The notes under the pieces: model-generated
What the model saw: the letters and a program-made list of their open reading frames with translations, nothing else
Told to the model about the DNA's origin: nothing
Databases searched by the model: none
NCBI GenBank assembly: GCA_000002445.1
Contig: CH464491.1
Coordinates: 5,184,001-5,248,000, forward strand
Source of the DNA: Trypanosoma brucei
Lineage: Eukaryota
Direction of reading: 5' to 3'
Length of the DNA stretch: 64,000 bases
Shown here: one piece after another, positions 1-12,720 of the stretch
How positions within the stretch are numbered: position 1 is the first letter of the stretch
Layout of the letters: every line of letters starts with the position of its first letter
Translations under genes and position numbers: made by a program

Positions 1-249
1 GTTGCTTATCCACATATACCAAAGATAGAAATTTCATAAGGCTTCTTCACTAGACTATGTCTAAATCTTATGATCACAATTATCATACCTTTTGGTATCA
101 TCATAACCACACTTATTTATGTGTTTAAAACTGCGTATATTTTATTTCTCCGCTCCCTCTGTGTCTTTCTTTTAATAATATTCTTGACCTTCCAAACGGT
201 CACATACTTACACCGCAACCTTGTTATTGTATAAAGCGTGTCTGGTTTT

Positions 250-323
250 TATTATCATCTACATTATTATAATTACTACTCTCATTATAATATTCGTATA
301 TGCACACTCACAACACTTTCCTA

Positions 324-378
<55 letters not shown>

Positions 379-385
379 TTCAGCT
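250..385. repeat. VSG 70-bp repeat block with (ATT)~22 tract; belongs to a VSG cassette lying left of the window
   Basis: Sequence ctcattataatattcgtatatgcacactcacaacac followed by a pure ATT run. The same core recurs upstream of every VSG in the window. Confidence 0.8.
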
Positions 386-638
386 TCTATTACGACTATA
401 ACACTACATTACAACTATATCTATAAAATAAAAAAAATACATATTTAGCAAATTAGGACAGTAATCACTTTAAATACTTTATTTCTATATTATGTTACAC
501 CTACAGACCACTTTCATACAAAAATTTCATATTTTCGAGGTTTTCAAAATTGTCAAGAATTTTCAAAGGTTTATGAAAGTTTTAAGATATATCAAAATAT
601 TCAAGAATTGCGAATTTTTGTAAATTTTCAAGAAATTC

Positions 639-2129
639 TCAAAGTTCCAGCAGACTCACAAATGCAGCAGAAACCATGAGGGCGAAGTGTTTGTTTGCTA
701 GAATAGAGGAATCTTTGCATTCTTTTCCATCCCATTTGCAGTTAGGAGATTTGCACTCCTCTTCTTTTTTTTTATCGGAGCACTTTTTGGCTGCCGTATC
801 TGATGCTCCTGCATCTCCTGCTCCAGCTGCACTTGTCTCTCCTTCTCCCTCTTTAGGTTTGCATGTTCCTTCTGTTTCAGATTTTCCACCTTTTGCTTCC
901 CATTTGCAATTCTTTTCTTCACAGGTCTTTTTGGATTTGTGCTTATTGCATTCTTCTTGTGCTATAGGCGGAATTTTTTCCTTTGTTGGTTCGCCTTTCA
1001 CTGTGCTGGCACTCGCAAAACCAGCTTCATATAGGTGCCAAACACTTAGGTTCATTGTCGTTAGCGTGTTGATGGTGGCAGTAATGTCTGATTCGGTTGT
1101 TGCTGTCGGCGCTGCTTCGATCGCTTCGCGGACTTCCTCTTGCCACCGTATCTCGGTGTTTGCTGCCGTTTTTCTCCATGGTGCATAGTTTACACAAATC
1201 TGTTTGGTCGCGCCGTTGCAGCCTGTCGCCGTCGCATCTGCCCAGCCGAGAATGTATTTGTTGTTTTGGGTTGGTGTTGTTTTGCTGTGAGTGTTTCCTC
1301 CAATGAGCGAGAGCAGGCTTGTAAGCGCTGCCTGTAGCGCACCTGGATTGACTTTCGCTTGCGCTTGTGGGCATTCGTCTATCAGTGCGTCCCATGCGCT
1401 GTTTATTGCGCTATGTGGCGTCCGGAAGTTGTTCTGTGCTGTGGTTACGCCGTGTGGTGTTGCCGCGCAGTTTTTCATCCCGGTTTGGCCGTCGATGCAG
1501 ATACATACTAAGTCGTTAATTAGTGTTTTGCCGACGTTCGTGTCGCTTTGGGAGCTGAACTGACTGCCGCCGCAGTTGGTTGTTCGTGTGTTTGAGCTGG
1601 TGTCGCCGAAAATGCTGCTGGCGTTGGCCCCTGCAAAGAGGGCAGCTCCAGGTTTGAGTGCCGGAGGCTTTTCCTCTTTGCCCCACACTGCCTTGTAAAG
1701 GTGTTTGTTTGCCGTGGCCGTGTCCGCTTCGACCTTTTTGATCTTGTCCTTCAGTGCCGATATCAAGGCTGCTGCCGCCTTTGCCGTTTCATTTATTTTC
1801 TGTGCTGCTGCTATGCCATCCGCAGTCTGTGGTAGCGCCTTGTCACCTTTTTTGAGTCCTTCTGTGCCTTCCTTTGCCCTTTTTTCGATTTCTGTTTTGT
1901 TGTCGTAAGCTAGTATTTCCGCTCGCTGTATGTCGGTTTCTAGCTCCGTTAGTTTGTTGTTAATTTTTATTTCTGTACTATCGAAGCCCTTAGAGGCTAG
2001 CTGAATTAAGTTACAGAGCGCTCCAAATTCTTGGGCGTTTTCGGCCTCCTGGTCATCCGCTGCCTGTCCGACGTTCGATCCGTGGAATATCATTGCGGCT
2101 GTTGCCGCTAGGTACATGAGCTTGGTCAT
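639..2129 (-). CDS. Variant surface glycoprotein (VSG), apparently intact
   Basis: Uninterrupted ORF with ATG at 2129 giving signal peptide MTKLMYLAATAAMIFHG. A-type N-terminal motif EFGALCNLIQLA. C-terminus CKWDGKECKDSSILANKHFALMVSAAFVSLLEL is an Asp-type GPI signal. A 3'UTR 16-mer variant follows at ~579-594. Confidence 0.85.
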   Translation of the reverse strand: MTKLMYLAATAAMIFHGSNVGQAADDQEAENAQEFGALCNLIQLASKGFDSTEIKINNKLTELETDIQRAEILAYDNKTEIEKRAKEGTEGLKKGDKALPQTADGIAAAQKINETAKAAAALISALKDKIKKVEADTATANKHLYKAVWGKEEKPPALKPGAALFAGANASSIFGDTSSNTRTTNCGGSQFSSQSDTNVGKTLINDLVCICIDGQTGMKNCAATPHGVTTAQNNFRTPHSAINSAWDALIDECPQAQAKVNPGALQAALTSLLSLIGGNTHSKTTPTQNNKYILGWADATATGCNGATKQICVNYAPWRKTAANTEIRWQEEVREAIEAAPTATTESDITATINTLTTMNLSVWHLYEAGFASASTVKGEPTKEKIPPIAQEECNKHKSKKTCEEKNCKWEAKGGKSETEGTCKPKEGEGETSAAGAGDAGASDTAAKKCSDKKKEEECKSPNCKWDGKECKDSSILANKHFALMVSAAFVSLLEL

Positions 2130-2904
2130 CTCTTTTGCTCTTTGTTTTTGAATAAACATGTACAGAAGGTTGGCTGTTGTTCAGAAAGAAGGGGTTGGAC
2201 CAAGACTGTGAGCTCAGTGTTTTTTTTGCGATGTCCCATCAGCGGTGTTTGGTATCTGGGTTCAACAGCGAACGGTGAGCTTCTTTTTCGAAGATTTTTA
2301 GGCAAAAAAGAGGGTGTTGTTTTTTCATGCAGGAAGTTTGATCTCCGTGCTGTGCTGTGATGCCTGTGCCTGCTTGAACTGCCCTTGGTGTCCGCTGCTA
2401 TTAGTTTTTATGGAATTTCTTATGCTTACACAAACAAATTCACAAAATAAACTCTACCACATCTGAGGGTCCCCTCTATGCATTTCTACTGTCATCTGTT
2501 TGAAACATCATAGACATTGCCTAATTCTGTTGGAGATCCCAGCAGTTTTGACAGCCAACAATATAGGTACATTATATCCGCAAAAACACGTTCTATTGTT
2601 GAGTCCGTATTGGTTTCTGGCTTTTTTGCTCTAACATTGCTGTTTTGACCGGTACCTGTGCCGCTATTTTTAGTTTTTTCCTATTACAGCTGATTTGGCG
2701 CTATTAATCTATCCTCCAAAGCCGCTTCCATCACTTGCAGTTCTTTCGCTGAGTTTTTGGTGTATATGCTTTGGTTTCTTTGTTTTCTGAAAGAGCAGAA
2801 GGTACTACTTTTCTAATACTATCAGTGTCATAAAAGTGTGATTCAACAGTTTCTATCACCTACAATTCGGCTGTTAGTCCTGGATTTGAATCACTATCGT
2901 TACA

Positions 2905-2934
2905 AAAATGATACACACTCACAACACTCTTCTA

Positions 2935-2999
<65 letters not shown>

Positions 3000-3060
3000 G
3001 TTGCTCTTATTATAATATTAGTATATAAACACTTACAACACTCTTCTATCATTATTATGG
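2905..3060. repeat. 70-bp repeat block upstream of the VSG at 639-2129
   Basis: Core acacactcacaacactcttctatc plus (ATT)~21, then a second degenerate unit. Confidence 0.8.
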
Positions 3061-3309
3061 TTATGACAGTTGTTATTTCCATTTTTACCATTACTATTTA
3101 TTTTACTAACAAACATACGTAATGCAAATTAGAATAGCAGTCCTTTGCATACCATATCACCTTACTACTTTACACCCATAGGATATTTGCATGCATATTT
3201 TGTTTAAAAAAAGTTTTCAAACGTCATTAAATGTGTTATAAAATATATATTTAGCAAAGCGTGTAAAAAAACAAAAGTCCATACATTTCACAAATTTGAG
3301 AAAAAATCC

Positions 3310-4836
3310 TTAATATGCTACAAAACTCACAAAAGAAGCAACAACTAGAGCCAATTTCTTATTGACAAGAGAGCTGGAATCTTTGCAAGTTTGGCCCTCC
3401 CATTTGCAATCCGGAGATTTGCAGTCTGCTTGCGATTTCCCTTTTCATTTTTCTATTTTTGTTTCAGCCCCTCCTGTTTGAGTTTGTGTTTCAGGGACTC
3501 CCTGTGCTGTGGCTTTTGAGGCATTATATTTGCACTTTTTACCTGTTTCAAGTTCAGTCGAATTGTAACTGCATTTAGGATCAGTATTGCATTCAGTCTC
3601 ATCTTTCATTTTGTTGCATTGCTCCTCCGGTGTTTTGATTTTGTCGGCCACTTGTTGCCCTTGAGCTGCCAATACGGCTGCCTTATCATCAGTCCGGTCG
3701 AGGTGTGCGACAATCATTGCCGCTTGTTTCTGAAGCGCCTTTATGGCGGCTGTTACTCGCTTTCTTTCCCTTGTGAGCTCGGCATCCCGTTCTAATCGTT
3801 TCTTTGCAGTTTCTAAGGTTCGGAGCCACGTTAGGTCTTGGGTTGGCGCTGTTGCTGTTTTTATCTGCATGTCCTCGAGGTTTACGCATGCTTTACCGTC
3901 TGCTTTGTCGCAGTTTGGGTTGTTGTCTGGTGTGCCGATTACTAGCGATTCACCGTTGCTGTGGCTGTGATGCTTGATTATCCTTTGGACTGCGTTTATG
4001 GCTGCTGTTAGTGAGTGCTCGGTAAGCGCTGTCGGGCGTGCCGTTTTGCACACACTGTGTATGTGGCCCCAGATCGCCGGTTTTCCGGTTTCTGCCCATT
4101 GCCAGCCATTCGGATTTGGGCTCGCGGTCGTGCCACAGACTTCCTTGTTCTGTGTGCCGTCTTGTGCACACAGACATAACATCGAAATACATACTGCCTC
4201 ACCCGCTTTCGGTAGCTTGCAGTCGGTCGTTTTTGTGCCGGTGAGCGTCGGGGCGCAGGTTGGCGCCGGGCCGGCCGTCGGCGTTTTTGTTCCGTAGACT
4301 GCCTGCTTTACGTATTCTGCTGCTGTCGCCGCTAGTTCTGGTGGGCTTTCCGCTAGCTCACGGTTGTAACTGTCTTTTAGCTCTATTGCTTGTTCTAGTG
4401 CTGCACTGACAGCGATGGTGGCCGCTATGCCGGCGGGTGAAAAAAGCTTGGCGTCGCTAAATTTCTTATATTTCTTGCTGTTGTCTGGCTTATGCATCGC
4501 AATGTTCAGTGCTTCCCAGCGCTTGTATTGTGTTGAGCAGGTCTCTGCTTTGGGTGTTTGAAGGCAAGGGTCCGGCTCCTTGGTGGGTGTTGTAGCCACT
4601 GCCTTCAGTTTTCCCCGCCACGAGTTTGGTGCTACCGATAAGTTCAGTCTTTAGAGTTCGTCTCTTACCTCTTCCGTTAATGGTTTTGGCAGTTCATCGC
4701 TTATGCCCGCATCGGCGAGGATAACCAGCTGGCACAGGGTTTGTAGTTCTAGTACGTTCACATGGTGGTCGTTAGCTGTGAACGCTACGTCTGGCGCTAG
4801 AAGCACCGCTATTAGTGCTGCTGTTTTTGTATACAT
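3310..4836 (-). pseudogene. VSG pseudogene (three reading-frame segments)
   Basis: N-terminal ORF 4651-4836 (MYTKTAALIAVLLAPDVAFT, real ATG), main ORF 3445-4599, and C-terminus [37 protein letters not shown] in a third frame ending at ~3310. A 3'UTR with a 16-mer variant is at ~3231. Confidence 0.75.
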
Positions 4837-5784
4837 TTGTTTTATTTATTTGCTTTTTCTGTTATTGATGACAGCTTTTGATGCTAGGAGCAGTGAGCTG
4901 TTGAGGTCGCGGGCATGAATTTAGTGTAGAATGGTAAAATATAGAGGGAGTTTTGTACCTTATTGCGCTTGGAATATTTCGTTGAAGGAACTTCTGGTTT
5001 TCAATTTTCTTCCCAGTTTGCTTTGCCGTCAGCTGTTATACATGTTGTATTTTTCACCGGTTATCCTTCAGATGTCGTATCTGCAGTGTGGTGGGTTTAC
5101 TTCCACATCTATTCGACGTTCTTTCGAAGCAACTCTCTCTGTGTTTGCCGCGTTTTCTATTTAAACTTCAAATTTTAAACTGTTGTAGGCTATAAAATTC
5201 TGAGGCATCACCGGTGAAAACCTATTAAATCACGCCATGTTACCGTTACGCGCATTTGTAAGTTATTCTAGAAAACATCAAAAGACTGTCGATACTAATA
5301 AGTATACTTGTAAAAATTTATGATGCTGCCTAATTGTTGTCATCCTACCAGCCGCTGATTCCATACGTTTTCGTAGTTCACATGTCGCTTCCACGGTTGC
5401 TTTTTTTGTTCTATTGTTTTTTTAACTAACAGCGTGTAAGCATTATGTCTCTGAAAATAAGGTACCTTACTAACCGTACTGTATGTCTCACCCAGGTTGA
5501 GGTAACGCTTATTTACGGGATTCGCATCTGCGTTGGTGTCCCTATGGTTTTTTCACTTCCTTTGCTATAGCGGTTGTACTTTTCGCTGCAAAATTCGACT
5601 CAAAAGTTGCTACTTCCTTTGCCGGGTACCATATTTCCTACCATTTAGTTGCTGCAGGACTTTCACAATCTGCAGCTGAACATCTCTTTATACGCTGTCC
5701 GTATTCAAATTAAGCATGATATTTTCTTTCACATACACCTCGCATTTCAATTCTTGTATTACAGGATATTTTATTCCAACAATG

Positions 5785-5895
5785 ACACACACTCACAACA
5801 TCATTATATTAATACTGCTCTTACTATAATATTCGTATATACATACTCACAATACTTTCCTATAATTATCATCATCATAATCATTATCATTAGTC
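5785..5895. repeat. 70-bp repeat (short block) upstream of the VSG pseudogene at 3310-4836
   Basis: ctataatattcgtatatacatactcacaatac core and ATT/ATC-rich tract. Confidence 0.7.
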
Positions 5896-6066
5896 TATCC
5901 TAGTATCCATAAAATAAACGGAATAAATCATATTATAATAGCATTAATTTTTCATATTCTATCACTCTGATACTTTATACCTATATGCTAGCATTGCGCA
6001 CATTGTCAAAATTTTCATATTTTTATAATTCTGGAGTTTTTGAAAATTTGCACATTTCATCAAAAA

Positions 6067-6082
6067 GTGTTAAAATATATCA
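6067..6082 (-). promoter_or_regulatory. VSG 3'UTR conserved 16-mer (TGATATATTTTAACAC on the minus strand), exact match
   Basis: Plus strand reads gtgttaaaatatatca. This element is known to control VSG mRNA stability and abundance. Confidence 0.7.
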
Positions 6083-6173
6083 AATGTCAGTAAGATTTAC
6101 GAAATTCTCTCAAAATATCAAATTTTCATCTGTCTAATAAATTTGAGCAAAAATTCTCAAAATGCTACAAAAC

Positions 6174-7584
6174 TCACAAGAGCAGCCCCATCACAGCCAA
6201 TTTCTTATTGATGATGAAACTGGAATCTTTGCACTTGTTATCTTCCCATTTGCAGCTGGTGTCCTTCAGTGCTGGTATCCTCCGCTTTAACTGCATATTT
6301 CTCTTCTTTCTTTTCTTCCGCTTTCACTCCCTCTTTAGGTTCGCACTTTCCATTTTTGTCTGTTCCTTTCCATACACAAGGCTCATTGCACTCACTTTTA
6401 CCCTTTGAATCGCAGCCTTTATCTGCTTGCGTGTTTGTATTACTTTTTTTGGCTGCCTCCGTTGCTGCTGGTGTCTCCGGACACTTTTTACTTGCGCTGG
6501 ATATCAGTGATTTTGAAGAAGTGAGAAGTTTTGTCTTTCTCTTGCTTTTGTATTCGTTGCCGTCCCGCATTGTTTCCAGTGCTGCTTGTAGGTGTTGAAG
6601 TTGTGCCTCTTCAACGTCGTAGTTGCTTGCTGGATCGTTAGTGTCGAAAAATGATTTCGGTATTTGGAGTTTGCCTGTTATTTTTGGTTTCTTGCTGTCT
6701 AGCCGCAGCAGTTGCGTTGCCAGGTTTGGAGGGTCTGCGAGCTGCTGTTCTAGTTGCTCCATTTTTGTTTTGCACGGGTTGAAGTCAGTACTATCTATTG
6801 TTTGTTTGCTATAGGCCGGCCAGTCCGTGTGAGTAGCTGTTGCGCCCTTAGCGGCGACCTTAAATAGTCCGTTGCCCCAGACCGTCTCCTGTTCTTGGCT
6901 GTCTGCAGCGTAAGCTTCACCGCCGTTGGTGCCGTGTTGTGTTAGTTTGCAGTTTTTGCCGTCTGCGCTCTGAAAGTCTGCTTGCGTTGCCATCGCTCCT
7001 TTGAACGCGGTGTCGTAGTTTATCGCTGTTTCTAGAGCTTTCTCGTCAAAAGTTACTTGCTTGCCGCTGGCGTCTAGGCAACCTGCGAGCTTATTGACCC
7101 CTTGATGGTTGTATGCGTTGTTTTCGTCAGCGATGCAGTAGTTGCTCGATCCAATTGCCGCTTTGAATATGCCGACAAAATCGTCTACCCTGCCCGCGAA
7201 CAAATTGCACGTTGCTGGTGCGTAGACTGCCGTTGCAGCATTTGTGTGGAGTGTCTTTATCATGGCCGCCGTCGTCGTCTTAACTGCCAGGGATATTATC
7301 TGCAGCCATTCAGAACCGTTGATGTGGTCTTCTGTTACAAGCATTTGCAGGTCACCATCTAAGTTCTGAAGTCTCTGTATTACACCCACGTAGATGCTTA
7401 AAACCGTTGCCGCACGAGGGGCTGACCTTTTTAGCTCGTTGTTAAAGCTGCAAATTTTGCTCATGCCGCTGATCTTCAGTGCCCCTTTGTGCCCCGTGGC
7501 AGTGTTGGCAAAAACGCTGACAACTAAAAATATCAGCTTCATTTGTAGACCTCGGACCAAACTTTTGGCTGCTGTTTTTTTCAT
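6174..7584 (-). pseudogene. VSG with intact N-terminal-domain ORF (448 aa) but frameshifted GPI-signal region
   Basis: ATG at 7584, signal MKLIFLVVSVFANTATG. The C-terminus ...SCKWEDNKCKDSSFIINKKLAVMGLLL* lies in a different frame from the main ORF. A 2-nt deletion relative to paralogs truncates the hydrophobic tail. Confidence 0.7.
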
Positions 7585-8659
7585 TCTTTGTTCTTATATG
7601 CGGGCTGCCTTGCTTTAAGAAGAGTGAGTTAAAAATTACGAGTTTCACCTCTGGTATATGGGGTCTTGGTTAGCTGTTCCATTTCTTCGTCGACAATGAA
7701 TTCCACTTATTTTGCACAGGCGGCCGCTGCGAGGTGCACCGCCGTGGGATGACAACATTGAGTAAGCTTGCGCTTAACCTTCGGTCGAGTCGCTGCTTTT
7801 GACAAGCTTAGGAAGAGTTTCCTAGTGTCCTGCTATTGTCTTCGTTACACCGGCTTCGCGTCGAGTTTGTGGTTACTTTTATGCTGTTTTACATCTTCCG
7901 TACTACACTGTTAAGTTGTCTGTTTCTGTTTACAGGGGTTACTAGTAGTAGTAACAAAAGGGTATATATACGTCGTGAGGTTTGTCGAGCGCTGCAACGC
8001 AAAACATGGTACTCTTTCTGATTGATCTTGAACTCAGAGTTATATGTCTAATTTATGCCCGCGTACAATAGCCAAATAAGCTTACCAAGTCATCTATAAA
8101 AAGTCCTGCGTCATCGGTTGATAACACCTAAACAAAATACCCCACATTTATTATATACACAGCGTACCCTTGACACAGTGTCTAATGTAAGTATTAGCAA
8201 TCAGATTTAAAAACGCTTGACGTCATCGTCGCTGCAGTAGAATCTATGCATTTTTAAGTGTAATATTTGGAATAATCCGCTCCTTCTGATATCATATTTT
8301 TTCTGTTTGGTGCTGCTACGTATCTCGTTCCTCCACTATGCATTTTTTGCTTTCTTTTTTTCCTTTTTCGTTCCTTCACCGGATAACGTACCGACAGCAT
8401 TTGGTCTTTACTATGAACTATGTCTCCTCCACATTGAACCCACTATCATTTCCTTCCGTATAATGCTGCCTATCGTTACGCTTTCTTGAAACGGCACATA
8501 TTCTATATCCTTCACTATCCTTCCACCTCTGCCTTAATCATATTCTTCTTACCTCCTCTTACTTTCTCTTTTGCTTACTGTCTCATTCAATCACTTAATC
8601 TGATTGTATACTTGAAATTGCTTTAATTGCTTCTATTTTGCCGTAGATTTAGCCTTGAT

Positions 8660-8752
8660 CACCACTATTATTATAATATTCGTATATGCACACTCTCACA
8701 ACACTCTCCTATTATTACTATTATTATTATCATTATCACTATTATTACACTA
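8660..8752. repeat. 70-bp repeat upstream of the VSG at 6174-7584
   Basis: Core ataatattcgtatatgcacactctcacaacactctcc. The block is near-identical to 29295-29375. Confidence 0.8.
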
Positions 8753-8993
8753 GTTAATATCCATAAAATAGGCAAACAAATTAAATTAGAGTAGCACTCA
8801 TTTTCCATCCCCTTTCACCCTTCGGCTTTGCACCCACAGGTCAGTATCATACGAAATTTTCATATTTTAAAGGTTTTCAATATCCTCACATTTTTTATTA
8901 ATTTGTACATTTTAATAAAAAAGTTAAAATTTAGTAAATTTACTCCAAATAGAAAATTTTACAAACTTTAGTAAAACGTTTTTGAGAACTTAA

Positions 8994-10485
8994 TTATAGA
9001 AGCAAAACTTCAAGCAAAAGAGGGGCCTTGTTAATGACAAAAGAATTGCTTGCTGTGGTGTTTGCGGATTTACCATCTTTCCCTTCTTGGTTTGCTTTTT
9101 CTGCTGCTTGTTTGGCTTCCTCACTCAATGTGCACTTCTTTTTTCCACCTTCTTCTTCAACCTCTTTGCATGGGGGTGTGCATTTATTCCCTGGCCCCTT
9201 TTTCTTGCAAGTTGCGTCTGTTTTTAGTTATTTTTGTGGTTGCTGTGTTGGCTTTTTTGCTATTTCTTCCTGAAATTGCTTTCTCAAGTTTTCAAAGGTT
9301 TCCTTGTTTTTTATGTGTCTGAGAAGCAAACTTTTTCTCATGTCTTCGGGGTCGCTGTTAGTTTTTATTGTCTTTTCTGCCATCTTGTCCACTTGGACCT
9401 GTGTTACAGGGAGGCTGTCTATTTTGGTTTTTATCTTTTCGGCCTGGTTCTTAGAGTCCCCGGCTACGCTGTCTAGCAACGTGGCTGCTCCGTAGTCGTT
9501 TTTGCTATTTTTGGCCGTTAGTTTGGCGCCTTGTCGAACGCTTGTTATAAGCTGGGCTGCCTTGCCTTCGCCGATTACGTGAGTTAGTATGTCGTCCTTT
9601 GTTTGGCCACAGCCGTTATACTCGGCTTTGATTAGATGGACGATGGCATTGAACAATTTTTCTGGTGCTGTTTGTGGATTTGATTTTTCCCAGTTGTCTC
9701 CAATGCTGTCAAACTTCTGTTGCGTGATCGTTTCCGAGCCTGCGCTGTTGTGTGCTTTTACTTTGAGAAACCCAAACATGATTGGCTTTGACAATACTGT
9801 ATTTGTCTGCCAGACGTTGACGGCCGATGTGGCACCGTTAGTTTTCAGGAGAAAGCATTTCGTGTAAGCAGATCCCTCGGTTTTATGTGCTGTGCCGCTG
9901 GTCATTTCGTCATACCCGGTCGGCTTTAGTGCACTATTTTCTAGGAATTCTGTTGCTTTGACGTCGTCGGTTGTTTTAGCTGGGTTACAAAGTCGTGTTT
10001 ATGTGTTAGTCCCGCTTGAGTTTCCACCCGCCGCCGCCAAGCAAGTTTCTGTACTTCCTCCTGCGGAGACCGCTATTAAGAAATCGACAAATTCGTTTAT
10101 CGCTCCTGTCGCCTTGCTCGCGTTAACTGTCGCCAATAAAGCCACCTTCTGCATTTCCTGTAGTTGCTCCGCTGTTGCTGCTCCGCATGCGCCCGAAGCA
10201 GCCGCTGCTGCCTTGTAGACTGTTTACGCATCAGCATCGCCTCTGCTTCGCCTACCAGAAAAGTGATCAGCTCCGCCTCATAAGCAGCTTTGACTTCCTT
10301 TATGAGAGCCTCTTGCTTTTGTAGTGCTACTGAAGGTATTTTTTCGAGCTCAGTTGCGACCCTACAAATTTTTGTACCTCCGCTTCGTCAAACGCCTTTG
10401 CTGACGCCTCCGCAAGCTGAATTGCTGTCGCTAGCGCTGCCATGAGGCCTATGTAGCTGCGCACCGCTGGCTTTGAGCTTATCAT
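8994..10485 (-). pseudogene. VSG pseudogene (b-type; multiple frameshifts and stops)
   Basis: N-terminus MISSKPAVRSYIGLMAALATAIQLAEA at ~10485, middle ORF 9228-9905, and Asn-type tail ...TTASNSFVINKAPLLLEVLLL* in another frame ending at ~8994. Confidence 0.7.
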
Positions 10486-12149
10486 TATTTTTTTATTTAC
10501 TGGATTATTGTGCGTTGTGTGTTTGTCTATGTAATATTTGCGAAAAGATGGTTTTTAGATCGGCACAGTGGAGTTGATTGATCTGATTGTTGTTCTGGCT
10601 TACTACCGTTCAATTGGGAGAAGTTTATTAGATTTTTTTTTGCAGCTTGTGGATTGCAGCCCACGCCGCCCGGTACAGCTGTCGATAAGCTCGATATATT
10701 CGGCTGTCAACGCTTTTCAGAAGCAGCCTGCTGTGCCACCAAAACCGCATTCTGGTAGCTGCCTTCTTATGAGACCACTTAAATTTACGGTATTGAATTA
10801 AAAATTTTGCTAACATCAATTATTTCATGTCCAGCCTCCATCCAAAAATTTTCCATAGTTGCCAACATTATTTCGGATATTGATCCAAAATTACATCTAA
10901 AGTACTCTCCTTGTTTCTTCTCTGCACAATGTAAATGCATATACCTCCCTTTCTTTGATATTTGTTTTCAAATGCATCACAACTTGTTCTTTGTACAGCT
11001 TCTGACTATTCGAACCATATTTGACACTCAGAAGCTCGCCGTTCAAAAATTTTCTTGTACTAGTGCTGCAAACATCTGCGTTATTTTCCGCGTTCATTTT
11101 GTTCAAAGATGGTTTGTGGATCTGTCAAATTTGCTATCGATCGCCTCTTTGCCTCGCGTTCTCAAAGTATTGCAGCTGACAGCCTGCCGACTAAAGTTGG
11201 TACGAACATTGCTACACGCGGCATCAGTCGCCCTGACGCAGATCCGTGGCTTTTGCTGCTTTTTCAGACTCTGTGATTGCAAATCTTTTAACACAAAGAG
11301 TTTTTAACAAGTACAAACTAACACTAGCTCTTAGTTGTATTTGTCTTCGCTACTTACTTTCTTCTTTCTCACTTAACGATACAGAAAGCTGCAGGGTCAA
11401 GAAATACATATGGGAAGTCGATGCTATTTACTGTTTTCTTACTGGTTGATTCGAACCACTTGCACTTTTCCATGTTTTTTAGCTTATAGTATGCCAAATC
11501 TGCAGCTTAGACTTGCTTTTTACGTTTTGGATGCTAATACAGAAAATAAAGAAATATTTTCGCCCATACAATACCTTGCCAATTTGGCTACGTCTCAAAA
11601 GAACAACGACTCGGTGTTTCCACACTATCTTCTCACTCAAAAACGCTTTTATCACCGATATACCTTGTCGGTTTCTACTAATTTTTTTATCTGCTTCTAT
11701 TTTTACTAATTTAGCGCTACTTTTGTTTCTTTCTGTCAGTTCAACTGTGGCCATTGTACGCTTGCCCCTGAATAAACTTTCTAGCTGTCGTTAATACAGA
11801 TACCAAAAGCACTTTAAGATGAGTTATACGCTCTTTATCTCGTCAATTACCTCCAATGTTGCTATAAGGTACAAAGGTATTATATTCCTTATATTCCTTT
11901 CTTCCTTTCCGCTTTCTGTCACTGTTTCTACAGATTCCGTAGTTACTCTCCTTAGCTTATACACTGGAATTCGACTCTCCCTGATTGTTCTTTCTACCAT
12001 CTAGTTATGTATAATAATATCCATAATCATGTTTGAGTATGAACTGCCTATATTTCATCTCCTCATTCTCCTCTTCACTCTTCTACTTACTCTCATTGCA
12101 TCCTTGGAATTTTTAAAAATGTTTCTATTTATCGAATCCACTTCGTACT

Positions 12150-12222
12150 CTCATTATTGCTCTCATTATAATATTCGTATATACACACTCACAACGCACT
12201 TCTATTATTATTATTATTATAG
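12150..12222. repeat. 70-bp repeat (single short unit)
   Basis: ctcattataatattcgtatatacacactcacaacgcac plus (ATT)5. Confidence 0.65.
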
Positions 12223-12353
12223 CCCTAAATAATTTGCATTAAAAAAATACAAGAAAAGTTAGAATATCACTCATTTTCACATTTTCATCAGAAAGTGTAA
12301 AGGTATATAAAATTTAGATAAATTTATAAATTTTATAAAATCAAGAAAAGGTT

Positions 12354-12700
12354 TTAAAAGTTGTTGAATGCTACAAAAATAGTAAAAGCAGCAGCCATCA
12401 GAGCCGATTTGTTATTTAAAAGTAAACTATAATCACTTCAAGCTTTATTATTCCATTTGAAGTTATCGCCCTTTTGTACAGGCATCCGATGTAATGTGGC
12501 TAGTGCAATTTGCAGTTGCAGTTGTTTTATCCCCGTCTTTCTTTTCTCCTGTTTCGTCTCCTGTATTTTTTTGTCTCCTTCTTGTTTGGCTCCTTCTACA
12601 GCTGTTGTTAGTTTTTGCATTTTCTGAACATAGTAATAAGCCATTGTCTTCCCGAAGTTGTTCTTGTTGCAATGCTTACCAGCTCTAAAAAAACGGCGGT
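12354..12700 (-). pseudogene. VSG 3' fragment (C-terminal domain plus GPI signal only), with its 3'UTR at 12230-12353
   Basis: Minus strand encodes ...CNKNNFGKT..GDNFKWNNK and, in a shifted frame, NNKSALMAAAFTIFVAF*. There is no N-terminal domain. Confidence 0.55.
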
Positions 12701-12720
12701 GCAGCGCCATAGGCCACGCA

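Noticed and set aside
10807-11307. 166-aa plus-strand ORF in a cassette spacer
   Set aside because: Low-complexity, Cys/Phe-rich, non-ATG start and no homology signal. The spacer between a VSG start and its 70-bp repeat is normally non-coding.
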